Origin: Candidatus Poseidoniaceae archaeon
GTDB taxonomy: Archaea > Thermoplasmatota > Poseidoniia > Poseidoniales > Poseidoniaceae
NCBI GenBank assembly: GCA_943789275.1
Contig: CALSTM010000003.1
Span: 270,001-302,000, forward strand
Reading direction: 5' to 3'
DNA length: 32,000 nucleotides
The translations under genes were made by a program, and so were the position numbers. Below are positions 6,706 to 15,800 of this stretch, piece after piece. Under the pieces are notes generated by a model that ran no database searches, had not been told where the DNA came from, and was given only the letters and a program-made list of their open reading frames with translations. The first letter of the stretch is position 1. The number at the start of each line of letters is the position of its first letter.

Positions 6706-7725
6706 ATGGCGAGCCATTGGACTGAGGGCGAAAAAGAGTTCATGAAACGGGCTCTTGAAGTCGCAGAACGTGGCAGGGGCAAGGTAAGCCCGAACCCCTT
6801 GGTCGGATGTGTTCTGGTCAAAGATGGCGTGATTATTGCTGAAGGTTGGCACGACCACCTTGGTGGATTGCACGCCGAACAGATGGCCATTCACGATGCC
6901 GAATCAAACGGCCATTCACCAAACGGTGCAGTTGCGTATGTTACTCTGGAACCGTGCAATCATTTTGGACGCACACCTCCTTGCACTGAAGCGTTGATGT
7001 GGGCAGGTGTTAAGGAAGTCATTGTCGCTCACTACGACCCGAATCCAACCGTAAGGGGAAAAGGAATTCAAGTTCTGCAAGATGCGGGAATCGAAGTTCG
7101 ACAAGGTTTGCTTGAATCCGACGCATCCGAACAGATGCGTCCGTTTTTGCACTGGTGTGAACATCGACGTCCACAAGTAACGGTCAAAATGGCTGTCGAT
7201 ACGAACGGTTCGGTCGACGACCGAAGCATCGAAGCACAGCGCTTCACATCGGATGCTTGCCTTGACCGCGTCCACATGCTGAGAAAGGAGTGCGATGCCG
7301 TGTTGGTCGGAGTTGAAACAGTGGTTCGTGACGACCCTCAACTGACCGTCCGCCGAATTCCAACTGAGCGTCAACCGCTTCGAATAGTCCTGGACCCAAA
7401 CAACCGAACTCCCGCAAATTCCAAACTCCTCACGGATGGACTTGAGACCCTTCACATGACAGAAGAATTCACTTCCCTGCCAGCTCTTCTCAATCTTCTG
7501 GGGGACAGGGACATTCAACGACTCATGGTTGAAGGTGGGCCTTCAACGGTTGCCGCTTTCTTGGACCAAGGTTTAGTCGATGAGTTTTATCTGATTCAAA
7601 GCCCAGTACGTCATTTAGAACCCGTCCCTTCCAACATCAGTGCTGAACGCCTTTCCGATGCAGGCCTCACTCATACATCCACTGAGTCATGGGGTGAAGA
7701 GACGCTTCATCTTTGGTCGAAATGA
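6706..7725 (+). CDS. ribD: Bifunctional riboflavin biosynthesis protein RibD (pyrimidine deaminase + 5-amino-6-(5-phosphoribosylamino)uracil reductase)
   Basis: Deaminase zinc motifs HAEQMAI and LEPCNHFGRTPPC. Reductase part VTVKMAVDTNGSV ... LMVEGGPSTVAAFL. 339 aa. Confidence 0.9.
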   Translation: MASHWTEGEKEFMKRALEVAERGRGKVSPNPLVGCVLVKDGVIIAEGWHDHLGGLHAEQMAIHDAESNGHSPNGAVAYVTLEPCNHFGRTPPCTEALMWAGVKEVIVAHYDPNPTVRGKGIQVLQDAGIEVRQGLLESDASEQMRPFLHWCEHRRPQVTVKMAVDTNGSVDDRSIEAQRFTSDACLDRVHMLRKECDAVLVGVETVVRDDPQLTVRRIPTERQPLRIVLDPNNRTPANSKLLTDGLETLHMTEEFTSLPALLNLLGDRDIQRLMVEGGPSTVAAFLDQGLVDEFYLIQSPVRHLEPVPSNISAERLSDAGLTHTSTESWGEETLHLWSK

Positions 7726-8261
7726 ACGAAACAGGACGGTTGTGGGATATGGAAATGACTCAAAGTTGTCGAGAAGACATTGAGGCTATACTTGCACTGT
7801 ACGATGAGGCGACCGCCCTTCAGGCCACGAAAGGCATGACGCAATGGCCGAAGATTGACAGAAGTCGAATCGAAATGGAAGTCGACGAAGGCCGACAATG
7901 GAAAATGACGGAACAAGGTCAGATCGTTTGTGTTTGGGTCGTTGCCTTTGAAGATCCTCAAATTTGGGGTGAAAAAAAAGACGAACCGTCCCTCTACATT
8001 CACCGAATTGCCAATCATCCCCTTCACAGAGGTAGGGGCCTTGTTGGGCAACTTGTGAGTTGGGCAAAGTCGTATTGTTCAGACGAAAACCTCCATTTCA
8101 TACGCCTGGACACGGTTGGATTTAACGAGGCACTCATTCGAGTTTACACCAGCCATGGATTCACTGTTTTGGAACCGATTGTTCTTGACGACCCATCAGG
8201 TCTTCCATCGCACTATCACGGCGGAGAAGTCTATCTTTTCGAAATAAAATTGAACCCTTGA
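7722..8261 (+). CDS. GNAT-family N-acetyltransferase
   Basis: Acetyl-CoA motif A IHRIANHPLHRGRGLVGQLVSWA. ~180 aa. The ATG at 7722 overlaps the ribD stop (ATGA). The track ORF begins at an upstream TTG (7713). Confidence 0.75.
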   Translation: MNETGRLWDMEMTQSCREDIEAILALYDEATALQATKGMTQWPKIDRSRIEMEVDEGRQWKMTEQGQIVCVWVVAFEDPQIWGEKKDEPSLYIHRIANHPLHRGRGLVGQLVSWAKSYCSDENLHFIRLDTVGFNEALIRVYTSHGFTVLEPIVLDDPSGLPSHYHGGEVYLFEIKLNP

Positions 8262-8357
8262 CGATATAATGTTCCATTTTATCGGGCGTAAGGCCCCTCA
8301 TTATCGGTGATATGACTATAAGGTAGAGGCTTTTGTTCATACTAAGGAAGACTATAT

Positions 8358-10604
8358 ATGAACCGTAAACTATTGACCGCACTACTAGCATTGACGTTTA
8401 TGTCAGCTGCACTCGCAGGCTGCACAAGCAACGATGATACCGACGATACAGATGACACAACAAGCGATGTCGTCAAGATTGGATTTTTGAACCCAGCAAC
8501 CGGCCCATTGGCTCAAGATGCTGCTGGTTTTGAATACGGTGCACTTCAAGCCGTTATCGACTTGAACGCTGCACAAACTGACACCGTTTTTGAAGCGGTA
8601 GTCGCAGATTCGGGTTGCGACGGTACCGTTGGTGCCGCTGCTGCCCAATCTCTTGTTGACGCAAACGTTGTCGCCGTTGCTGGAGCCGCATGTTCCGGTG
8701 CATCAATGGCCGCTAACGCTGTGTTGTCTGCTGCAGGAATCCCAATGATTTCCTACGCTTCTACCAATCCAAGTCTAAGTGACGCTACCGCTTACCCGAA
8801 CTTCTTCCGTGTTGTTCCTAGCGATGCTATCCAAGGACCTGCTGCTGCTGCAATGATGGTCGACGCTGGTGCAGCCAACCCTGCAATTCTTCACATGACC
8901 AACGACTACGGCTCTGGATTCGCTGACGCCATCGAATCCGCTTGGACCGGCGATGTCTGTGCAAAGATTGGATACGCAGAAACCGCAACAAGCGTTGCTT
9001 CTGAAGTCACACAAATCGCAGACGCAGGCTGTGATTCCATCTTCATGGTCTCTTACGTTACAGACGCTGCAATGATTCTCAACGAAGTTGCATCCCAGAA
9101 CATTTCTGCTATGCTCTTCTCCGGTGACGGACCTGCTGGCGAAGGATTGCTCGTTGAACTCAGCGACGACACCGTTGCAAGCAACCTCAAGGTTACCGCA
9201 CCTCGTGCTGGTTCTTCCTTCGGTGACTTCGAAGCGCGCTACGATGCTGCTAACATTCCAAGTATCAAGCAATACGTTCTCACATCCTACGATGCAGTTT
9301 CCATTATTGGAAAGGCATACAACACCGACTCCGCTGACATGGATGCATCCATCCGTGCTGTTGGAACCGCATACGAAGGTGCAAGTGGACTTCACACCTT
9401 CCTCGCTAGCGGCGACGTTGGTGGTGCAGGTTACGATATCTGTACCTACACAGCGACCACTTCTGAAGATGGCGCATACGCTTGCAACGCCTACTGGACT
9501 GTTGCAGACGGTGTTACAACCCCGCCGACTGTAATCAAACTCGGTTTCATGAACCCATTGACCGGTCCTCTTGCAGCAGACGCTGCAGGATTCCAATACG
9601 GAGCACAGCAAGCAATCGTTGACCTTAACGCAGCATACGGTGCAATGGGCTACGAGTACCAACTTATCGAAGTTGACTCTGGTTGTGACGGTACCGTTGG
9701 TGCAGCCGCAGCACAAACCCTCGTCGACTCTGGAGTTGTCGCAGTCGGTGGCGCAGCATGCTCTGGCGCAACCATGGCTGCTAACGCAGTACTTTCCGCA
9801 GCAGGAATTCCTATGATTTCCTACGCTTCGACCAACCCAAGTCTCAGCAACGCTTCAGCGTACCCTGACTTCTTCCGAATTGTTCCATCCGATGCTATCC
9901 AAGGACCAGCAGCGGCTGCAATGATGGAAGCAATGGGCGCTACCAACCCAGCAATCATCCACATGACCAACGACTACGGTTCTGGATTTGCTGATGCCAT
10001 TGAAGATGCTTGGAACGGAACACTGTGCCAAAAGATTGGATACGCAGAAACCGCAACAAGCATTGCTTCTGAGATCACTCAAATTGCAAATGCAGGATGC
10101 GACTCCGTCTTCATGGTGTCCTATGTTACTGACGCAACAATGATCCTCAACGAGATTTCAGCTCAGGGACTTAACATCACGCTCTTCTCGGGCGACGGAC
10201 CTGCTGGCGAAGGACTTCTTGAAGAACTCAGTGACGATATGGCTGCTAACGGCCTTTACGTGACCACACCTCGTGCAGGATCTTCCTTCGGCGACTTCGA
10301 AGCACGCTACGATGCATCGAACATCAGTTCGATCAAGGCATACGTCTTGACCAGCTACGACTCAATCATGATGCTTGGCGAATCCGCTATGCACGAAGAC
10401 GGTGCCAACATGGCAACGCACATCATGATGGTCGGTACAGGATACCAAGGCGCAAGTGGAAACCACACTTTCCTTGCTAACGGCGACGTTGGTGGTGCAG
10501 GATACGATATCTGTGGCTACGCTGCAACGACCACTGACGATGGTACATTCACCTGTACCAAGTACTGGACCGTTGCAGACGGTGTTCAAGACAACGCTGC
10601 TTGA
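8358..10604 (+). CDS. Lipoprotein with two tandem Liv-type (type I periplasmic binding protein, Peripla_BP_6-like) substrate-binding domains
   Basis: Signal plus lipobox MSAALAGC, then a D/T-rich linker (TSNDDTDDTDDTTSD). Two colinear ~355-aa units follow, each beginning V.K.GF.NP.TGPLA.DAAG..YGA and containing SYASTNPSL, FFR.VPSD. The gene is first in the liv-like ABC operon. Confidence 0.85.
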   Translation: MNRKLLTALLALTFMSAALAGCTSNDDTDDTDDTTSDVVKIGFLNPATGPLAQDAAGFEYGALQAVIDLNAAQTDTVFEAVVADSGCDGTVGAAAAQSLVDANVVAVAGAACSGASMAANAVLSAAGIPMISYASTNPSLSDATAYPNFFRVVPSDAIQGPAAAAMMVDAGAANPAILHMTNDYGSGFADAIESAWTGDVCAKIGYAETATSVASEVTQIADAGCDSIFMVSYVTDAAMILNEVASQNISAMLFSGDGPAGEGLLVELSDDTVASNLKVTAPRAGSSFGDFEARYDAANIPSIKQYVLTSYDAVSIIGKAYNTDSADMDASIRAVGTAYEGASGLHTFLASGDVGGAGYDICTYTATTSEDGAYACNAYWTVADGVTTPPTVIKLGFMNPLTGPLAADAAGFQYGAQQAIVDLNAAYGAMGYEYQLIEVDSGCDGTVGAAAAQTLVDSGVVAVGGAACSGATMAANAVLSAAGIPMISYASTNPSLSNASAYPDFFRIVPSDAIQGPAAAAMMEAMGATNPAIIHMTNDYGSGFADAIEDAWNGTLCQKIGYAETATSIASEITQIANAGCDSVFMVSYVTDATMILNEISAQGLNITLFSGDGPAGEGLLEELSDDMAANGLYVTTPRAGSSFGDFEARYDASNISSIKAYVLTSYDSIMMLGESAMHEDGANMATHIMMVGTGYQGASGNHTFLANGDVGGAGYDICGYAATTTDDGTFTCTKYWTVADGVQDNAA
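8466..9527 (+). repeat. Intragenic tandem duplication, unit 1 (binding domain 1)
   Basis: aa 37-390. It aligns end to end with aa 391-748, with offset 354 aa = 1062 nt at the start. Confidence 0.85.
9528..10601 (+). repeat. Intragenic tandem duplication, unit 2 (binding domain 2)
   Basis: aa 391-748. By-eye alignment to unit 1 shows long identical runs, e.g. DSGCDGTVGAAAAQ, MAANAVLSAAGIPMISYASTNPSLS, HMTNDYGSGFADAIE, PRAGSSFGDFEARYDA and GDVGGAGYDIC. Confidence 0.85.
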
Positions 10605-10627
10605 TACCATTGAGCACTTGAGTTCCA

Positions 10628-10640
10628 CGGCTTTTTAGCC
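10628..10640 (+). terminator. Small hairpin / T5 tract between the binding-protein and permease genes (possible partial terminator)
   Basis: cGGCT-TTTT-AGCC, with a T5 run at 10632-10636, lies 24 nt after the stop. Attenuation after the SBP gene is a common way to over-express the binding protein relative to the permease. Confidence 0.3.
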
Positions 10641-10690
10641 TCCTGGCCGAAAGGTTAGGTTGAACACAAGAGTGCGGAGGCTTTGTTAGG

Positions 10691-13600
10691 ATGGAATCAG
10701 AAACGGTAACAGAACCATCTGGTTCCATCCTCCACCGCTGGCAAGAGATGTCACGGTTGCGACGTCGATTGCTGATTGCGGCGGTTGTCTCGCTTGATGC
10801 CATCCTTGGGTTGTTGTATCAATCTGGAAGCGGTAATGGCCTTGACGCACTCTTGTTTGGCAATCTACCAAACGATATGGTGTGGCTCGGACAATCCGTC
10901 CAACTCATCTCGATGGGATTCTTGCTGGTGAAGGTCGTCTTCGACGATGTTCCTCACGGCAAGTTACGCTCGGCCTTGATGGTGTTTTCACCTCTGTTTT
11001 TACTGCTGACCGTGCTGTTCACCATCGAACTTCTGATGGTTGGCCTTGACACCAGTGCAGTGATTTACCTCAACTTGAGTTCAATAGGATTCAGTACGCT
11101 GACATGGTCTTCAACCTATCTTGCAATCGCAGTTGGTTGTACGCTTACATACAGCGTTCAGCGGTATGGAAACTTCGCACAAAGCGAGTTCTTCATGCTC
11201 GGAATGTATGTTGCAGTCATGATCATGTGGATGGATTATTTCTTCCCATTGGTCTCTACCCCGAAAGACGGCGTTCTTGTTTGGACGGTCCTTGTTTGGA
11301 CGCTGGTTGGAGCATTTGTTTTGACTGGATTAGCAGGTGTCATCATCGACCGTCTTGTGTTCAGAGGTTTTCGTGACCGTAAATCAAGCGCAGACGTGAT
11401 GATGATTGCTTCACTGGGTGTGGCTCTTATCCTTCGAGCCATCGTTTACCTCCGGTTTGGAGCAGGAACAAAATTGTTTGAGCCGGACATTGATTGGCGT
11501 ATTGCACGGGAACAGCGATTTGAAGCGCCCACAATTCTAACTAAACTCAACCTTGGCGACCGTTCACTCGCTTCGGGTGAAGCGTACTCCTACGGTGCGT
11601 GTGAGCAGGCGGGGACTGCAGCTGATGGTTCTCCAATCTACGAGAAGATGACAACTGAGGGCTCGAAACCTCTCGCCGACATCTATTCGGTCGGCTCAGA
11701 TTGCGTTACCGACCTGACGGCGAACTACACCTATTACAACGCAGCAATGCCCTTCGTGATTTTTGCATCTGTTGGCCTGTTGATGCTGTTGCTGACCAAA
11801 ACCCGTCTCGGCCGCCGAATGCGTGCTGTTGCTGATAACCCCGAACTCGCTGCAAGTTGCGGAATAAATGTTGAGCGTGTACACATGACCAGCGCCTTCC
11901 TCTCTGCAGGAATTTCGGGAATTGGCGGTGCAATCTTTGCAATGACCGTACGCTACAGTCCAGAGACCGGATTTACCCTTCTTTTACCCGCTTTCGCAGT
12001 CATTGTGCTGGGTACGATTGGTTCAGTTCGCGGGGCAGTCTTTGGAGCGCTCCTGATTGGTTTTGTCCGTTCAGTTTCGTCGCCGATTCTCATGGGTATC
12101 GGAACGCCGTTGGACCGCTCGAACTATGCCAATCTCGCTGAAGTCATGCCGTACGTCATGATTATTGCCATTCTACTTATCATGCCAAAGGGGATTGGTG
12201 ATGCGTACGACAACTGGAAGATTAAGCGTATACGAACCCGTGCTGAAGAAGATTTCACGCCCGACACAAAACGAGCCTCAATACTCGGGATTTTCTTTGC
12301 TCCAACGGGGCTGCATCACTTCAGCGTCCGAAACAGTTTGCGCGGACAACGCTATCTTCTTTCGACCTTCATTGCTTACATCATTTTCAAATTCAGTTGT
12401 TTTGTCAAAGAAAACTCAATTGCTGACGAATCGATATTAAACACCATTACGGGCGGAGAATCGCTCTCTCTTGCCCACGCACCGAGTAACCTCTTGGCTG
12501 AACAGCAGGACGCTTGGCTCTCCTTGATGCACTTTGAACAAGGCTTGGTTGGAATCATGGCCAACATGGGCGTTCTTGTTTGGCCTACAGTTCCTGTGCT
12601 CCTCTACCTCATTGCATGGTGGGAAGCGTACCATGTCTTGCAAGACAAAGAACTCAAACCTTCGACAAAACTCTCAGGCTTTGTATCTGAACTGTCCATG
12701 CGTTACACTCAGTTGAACGAACGCGCAAGTAAAGCATGGCGTACAACGACACAAACCATCGATTCAAAGATTGGGTTTATCGCTGTACATGCTAAAAGCA
12801 TGGTTCAGTCGACATCGAGTAAACTTTCAGAAACATATGTCGAGAGGCGAACTTCAGTTCTTGAGAAACTACGAATGCCTTACGGTCGAGAAAGCGAAAA
12901 CGGCTCATGGTTGCTGTTTGTCGTTCTAGCCGTGGTGATGGCAGCACTCATCTTTTGGCTTCCAGTCGCCGATTCCGACCAAGCTAAATTCGTCAAGACC
13001 TTGCAATTATCAAACGTCATGGTGACGTTCGCTATTTTTGCTATTCTGGCGTTGTCTCTTAACCTCCATACTGGAATTACCGGACAGTTGAATTTCGGTG
13101 TCATTTTCTTTGCTTCTATTGGAGCAATCGTAGTGGGGATTCTTACAGCGCCCAAGGAATTGCATGGGTACGATTGGCCGATTGTTTATGCTGTTCTCTT
13201 TTCGATGGTTATAGGTGCGATCGCTGGATGGTTCCTTGCCTATCCTACTGCGCGTCTGAGGAGCGATTACTTCGCCATCATCACCATTTCACTTGGTGAA
13301 ATCGTTCGTGTTCTGCTCAGCGGAGAACCACTTCTTCGGGCTGGTTCATGGGGAAGTGCAGTTGGTATTTCCCGCTACAAACTCCCCTTGCAAGAACGTT
13401 GGTTCTGTGGTTCAACGACCCCACTTGATGCAAACGGCACCCCGCTTTCACCAAATGCTTGCTCCAATACCGAAGGGATTGACAGCATGGCCGTTACGGT
13501 TGGAGAATGGCTCAGCCTTGGACAACCAGCACCGTACATGTTTGTTTTGGCAGTCATTGGGATTCTTGGATTATTTGTTTCCTGGTGGTTACTGAACACC

Positions 13601-14299
13601 GTACTTGCTTCCCCATGGGGTCGAATCCTTCGCGCCATTCGTGAAGACGAAGAGGTCGCTCAGCATCACGGCCACGATGTATTGCGGCACAAAGCCGCCA
13701 GTTTGGCGCTGGGCGCATCCATCGCAGCCTTCGCCGGTGCTCTTTGGGCATGGAAACTATCCGGTTTCCAACCGTCGTTTATGTCGCCTGCAAAAACCAC
13801 CTTCTTGGTTTGGGCAGCGTTCATTATTGGTGGCGTCGGAAACAACAAGGGAATGCTCATCGGTGCGTCAATCATCGTTTTGATGGAATTCGTATTCAAC
13901 GTCCTGGTTGCTGCCCAAGGCAGTTCGGACCTTCCACTCAATGAAGTGGCAGCGACGATGGACGGTTGGTTCAATTGGTTGGTAATGGAGCAAGTGAACG
14001 CCATGTGGATCTGCTTTACCATCATGATATTAGCCCATCTGGTCAAATGGCAATCCGTACGGGAAACTTCGTTTTGGTTGACAGTTATCTTTGCTTTAGC
14101 CTCGTTCTTCTTTGATGAGCGTTCGATTGAAGAAGTGTTCCCATCAGGAACAATACAAGCAGGAATGGCCTACGTCAAGGTCTTGCTCGTTGGGTTACTC
14201 ATCGTGTTCTCACTTCGATACAATCCGAAAGGTTTGCTTCCAGAAGTTCCTTTCCGACCTGAGCACCCAAACGCAAGTAAGGAGGCTGAAGAACAATGA
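10691..14299 (+). CDS. Fused branched-chain-amino-acid-type ABC permease (LivH-like + LivM-like, BPD_transp_2 x2) with a ~230-aa linker
   Basis: LivH-like blocks: YSVQRYGNFAQSEFFMLGMY, RLGRRMRAVADNPELAASCGINV, VLGTIGSVRGAVFGALLIG (aa ~130-500). LivM-like blocks: LSLNLHTGITGQLNFGVIFFASIGA, SDYFAIITISLGEI, SPWGRILRAIREDEEVAQHHG, FIIGGVGNNKGMLIGA (aa ~745-1190). The start codon is uncertain. Confidence 0.85.
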   Translation: MESETVTEPSGSILHRWQEMSRLRRRLLIAAVVSLDAILGLLYQSGSGNGLDALLFGNLPNDMVWLGQSVQLISMGFLLVKVVFDDVPHGKLRSALMVFSPLFLLLTVLFTIELLMVGLDTSAVIYLNLSSIGFSTLTWSSTYLAIAVGCTLTYSVQRYGNFAQSEFFMLGMYVAVMIMWMDYFFPLVSTPKDGVLVWTVLVWTLVGAFVLTGLAGVIIDRLVFRGFRDRKSSADVMMIASLGVALILRAIVYLRFGAGTKLFEPDIDWRIAREQRFEAPTILTKLNLGDRSLASGEAYSYGACEQAGTAADGSPIYEKMTTEGSKPLADIYSVGSDCVTDLTANYTYYNAAMPFVIFASVGLLMLLLTKTRLGRRMRAVADNPELAASCGINVERVHMTSAFLSAGISGIGGAIFAMTVRYSPETGFTLLLPAFAVIVLGTIGSVRGAVFGALLIGFVRSVSSPILMGIGTPLDRSNYANLAEVMPYVMIIAILLIMPKGIGDAYDNWKIKRIRTRAEEDFTPDTKRASILGIFFAPTGLHHFSVRNSLRGQRYLLSTFIAYIIFKFSCFVKENSIADESILNTITGGESLSLAHAPSNLLAEQQDAWLSLMHFEQGLVGIMANMGVLVWPTVPVLLYLIAWWEAYHVLQDKELKPSTKLSGFVSELSMRYTQLNERASKAWRTTTQTIDSKIGFIAVHAKSMVQSTSSKLSETYVERRTSVLEKLRMPYGRESENGSWLLFVVLAVVMAALIFWLPVADSDQAKFVKTLQLSNVMVTFAIFAILALSLNLHTGITGQLNFGVIFFASIGAIVVGILTAPKELHGYDWPIVYAVLFSMVIGAIAGWFLAYPTARLRSDYFAIITISLGEIVRVLLSGEPLLRAGSWGSAVGISRYKLPLQERWFCGSTTPLDANGTPLSPNACSNTEGIDSMAVTVGEWLSLGQPAPYMFVLAVIGILGLFVSWWLLNTVLASPWGRILRAIREDEEVAQHHGHDVLRHKAASLALGASIAAFAGALWAWKLSGFQPSFMSPAKTTFLVWAAFIIGGVGNNKGMLIGASIIVLMEFVFNVLVAAQGSSDLPLNEVAATMDGWFNWLVMEQVNAMWICFTIMILAHLVKWQSVRETSFWLTVIFALASFFFDERSIEEVFPSGTIQAGMAYVKVLLVGLLIVFSLRYNPKGLLPEVPFRPEHPNASKEAEEQ

Positions 14300-15081
14300 A
14301 ACCTCTTCTTTCGGTCAAAAACTTGCGAATGGAGTTCGGCGGTCTTATCGCAGTCAAAGACGTCTCTTTTGAGGTCAAGAAAGGTGAATTCATTGGACTG
14401 ATAGGTCCGAATGGATGCGGAAAATCAACAACGTTCAATTGCATCAGCGGCCTTTTACAACAAACATCGGGTAGCGTTGAAGTGTTTGGCAAGGATGTTT
14501 CAGACAAGCGACCGGACCAAATCCAAAAACTAGGAATGACTCGAACGTTCCAACACACTCGACTCTGGAAAGATATGACCGTGATTGAGAATCTCTTGGT
14601 CCCTCCAAGAAAACAATTCTCCCCAAACCCATTCCTTTCGTTGTTCCGGGGCCGTTCACGGCCCGCTGAAAAAGAACGACTTGCCGACGCCTTCGCTGTT
14701 TTGGACCAACTTGAGGTCCCTCACATGGCGCACAATCTGGCCAGCGAACTTTCAGGTGGACAAAGCAAACTTGTCGACATTGGACGCTCGATGATGGGCA
14801 GCCCTGACTTGCTGTTGCTCGATGAGCCGGTCGCTGGTGTTGCTGGCCCGCTTGCCATGAAAATCTTCACCAATCTTCGAGAATTGGTTGATACCACTGG
14901 CATTTCGGTTCTCGTGATTGAACACAACATGGACTTCATTCTTCGCCAAGGTGTTGACCGAATTGTTGTCATGAATGAAGGCGAAGTTCTCATGGTTGGC
15001 ACTCCTGAAGAAGTTAAGTCGAATCGCGCTGTTATTGAAGCATATCTTGGTGGAGCGAGTGATGGAGGCGAAGAAGAATGA
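14296..15081 (+). CDS. livG: ABC transporter ATP-binding protein, LivG-type
   Basis: Walker A GPNGCGKST, signature LSGGQSKLVDIGR, Walker B LLLLDEP, and the C-terminal LivG-like extension. ATGA overlap with the permease gene. GGAGG at 14281-14285. Confidence 0.9.
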   Translation: MKPLLSVKNLRMEFGGLIAVKDVSFEVKKGEFIGLIGPNGCGKSTTFNCISGLLQQTSGSVEVFGKDVSDKRPDQIQKLGMTRTFQHTRLWKDMTVIENLLVPPRKQFSPNPFLSLFRGRSRPAEKERLADAFAVLDQLEVPHMAHNLASELSGGQSKLVDIGRSMMGSPDLLLLDEPVAGVAGPLAMKIFTNLRELVDTTGISVLVIEHNMDFILRQGVDRIVVMNEGEVLMVGTPEEVKSNRAVIEAYLGGASDGGEEE

Positions 15082-15797
15082 CCCGTTTACTCGATGTCAA
15101 AGGCCTAACCGCTGGATACGGCAGCGTACAGATTCTGTACGGAATTGATTTGCATGTTGATGAAGGCGAATTTGTCACCATCATCGGTCCAAACGGTTGC
15201 GGAAAATCGACCTTCATCAAAGCGCTTTTCGGAATCGCCACCTACTACGACGGTGATGTGTCGTATGCTGGTGAGTCGATTGAGAAGCTTCGAACCGACC
15301 AACTGGTCAACAAAGGAATTGCTTACGTCCCTCAAGTCAACAACGTCTTTCCCACTCTTTCAGTTGAGGAAAATCTTCAGATGGGCGGCAATGCGTTACC
15401 GAATCGAGTTCTCAAAGAACGCATTGAGCGGGCTCTCAACATGTTCCCAGACCTTCGTTCCCGTGAGCATGACCTCGCAGCATCTCTTTCTGGTGGCGAG
15501 CGACAGATGCTTGCTATCTCACGTGCCCTGATTTCAGACCCGTCTTTCCTGTTGCTCGATGAGCCAACGGCGGCCCTTTCACCATTGTACCAGCAACAAA
15601 TCATCGAACGTATCGACAACTTGCGAAAGGAAGGAATCACCGTTCTTATCGTCGAGCAAAACGCTCGTTTGAGCCTCGCTCGTTCCGACCGCGGTTACAT
15701 CTTCGCCAACGGTAAAGTGGTTCACACTGGAGATGCTGACTTTATCCTCAACGACCCTGAAATCGGTGAATATTTCTTGGGTTCGCACGACGATTGA
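15078..15797 (+). CDS. livF: ABC transporter ATP-binding protein, LivF-type
   Basis: Walker A GPNGCGKST, signature LSGGERQMLAISRAL, Walker B LLLLDEPTAAL, and the H-loop region VLIVEQN. ATGA overlap with livG. GGAGG at 15064-15068. Confidence 0.9.
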   Translation: MTRLLDVKGLTAGYGSVQILYGIDLHVDEGEFVTIIGPNGCGKSTFIKALFGIATYYDGDVSYAGESIEKLRTDQLVNKGIAYVPQVNNVFPTLSVEENLQMGGNALPNRVLKERIERALNMFPDLRSREHDLAASLSGGERQMLAISRALISDPSFLLLDEPTAALSPLYQQQIIERIDNLRKEGITVLIVEQNARLSLARSDRGYIFANGKVVHTGDADFILNDPEIGEYFLGSHDD

Positions 15798-15800
15798 ACT

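Noticed and set aside
6916-7518. A 200-aa ORF antisense to ribD.
   Set aside because: ribD is unambiguous from its motifs. The antisense frame has no motifs and is a shadow ORF.
8775-9716. A 313-aa Cys/Val/Ser-rich ORF on the minus strand inside the binding-protein gene, plus several shorter ones at 8403-8648, 9855-10082 and 10362-10628.
   Set aside because: It is antisense to a strongly supported Ala/Gly-rich gene, and GCN/GGN codons read as open frames on the opposite strand. Its composition is unlike real proteins (Cys-rich, no motifs), and there is no start context.
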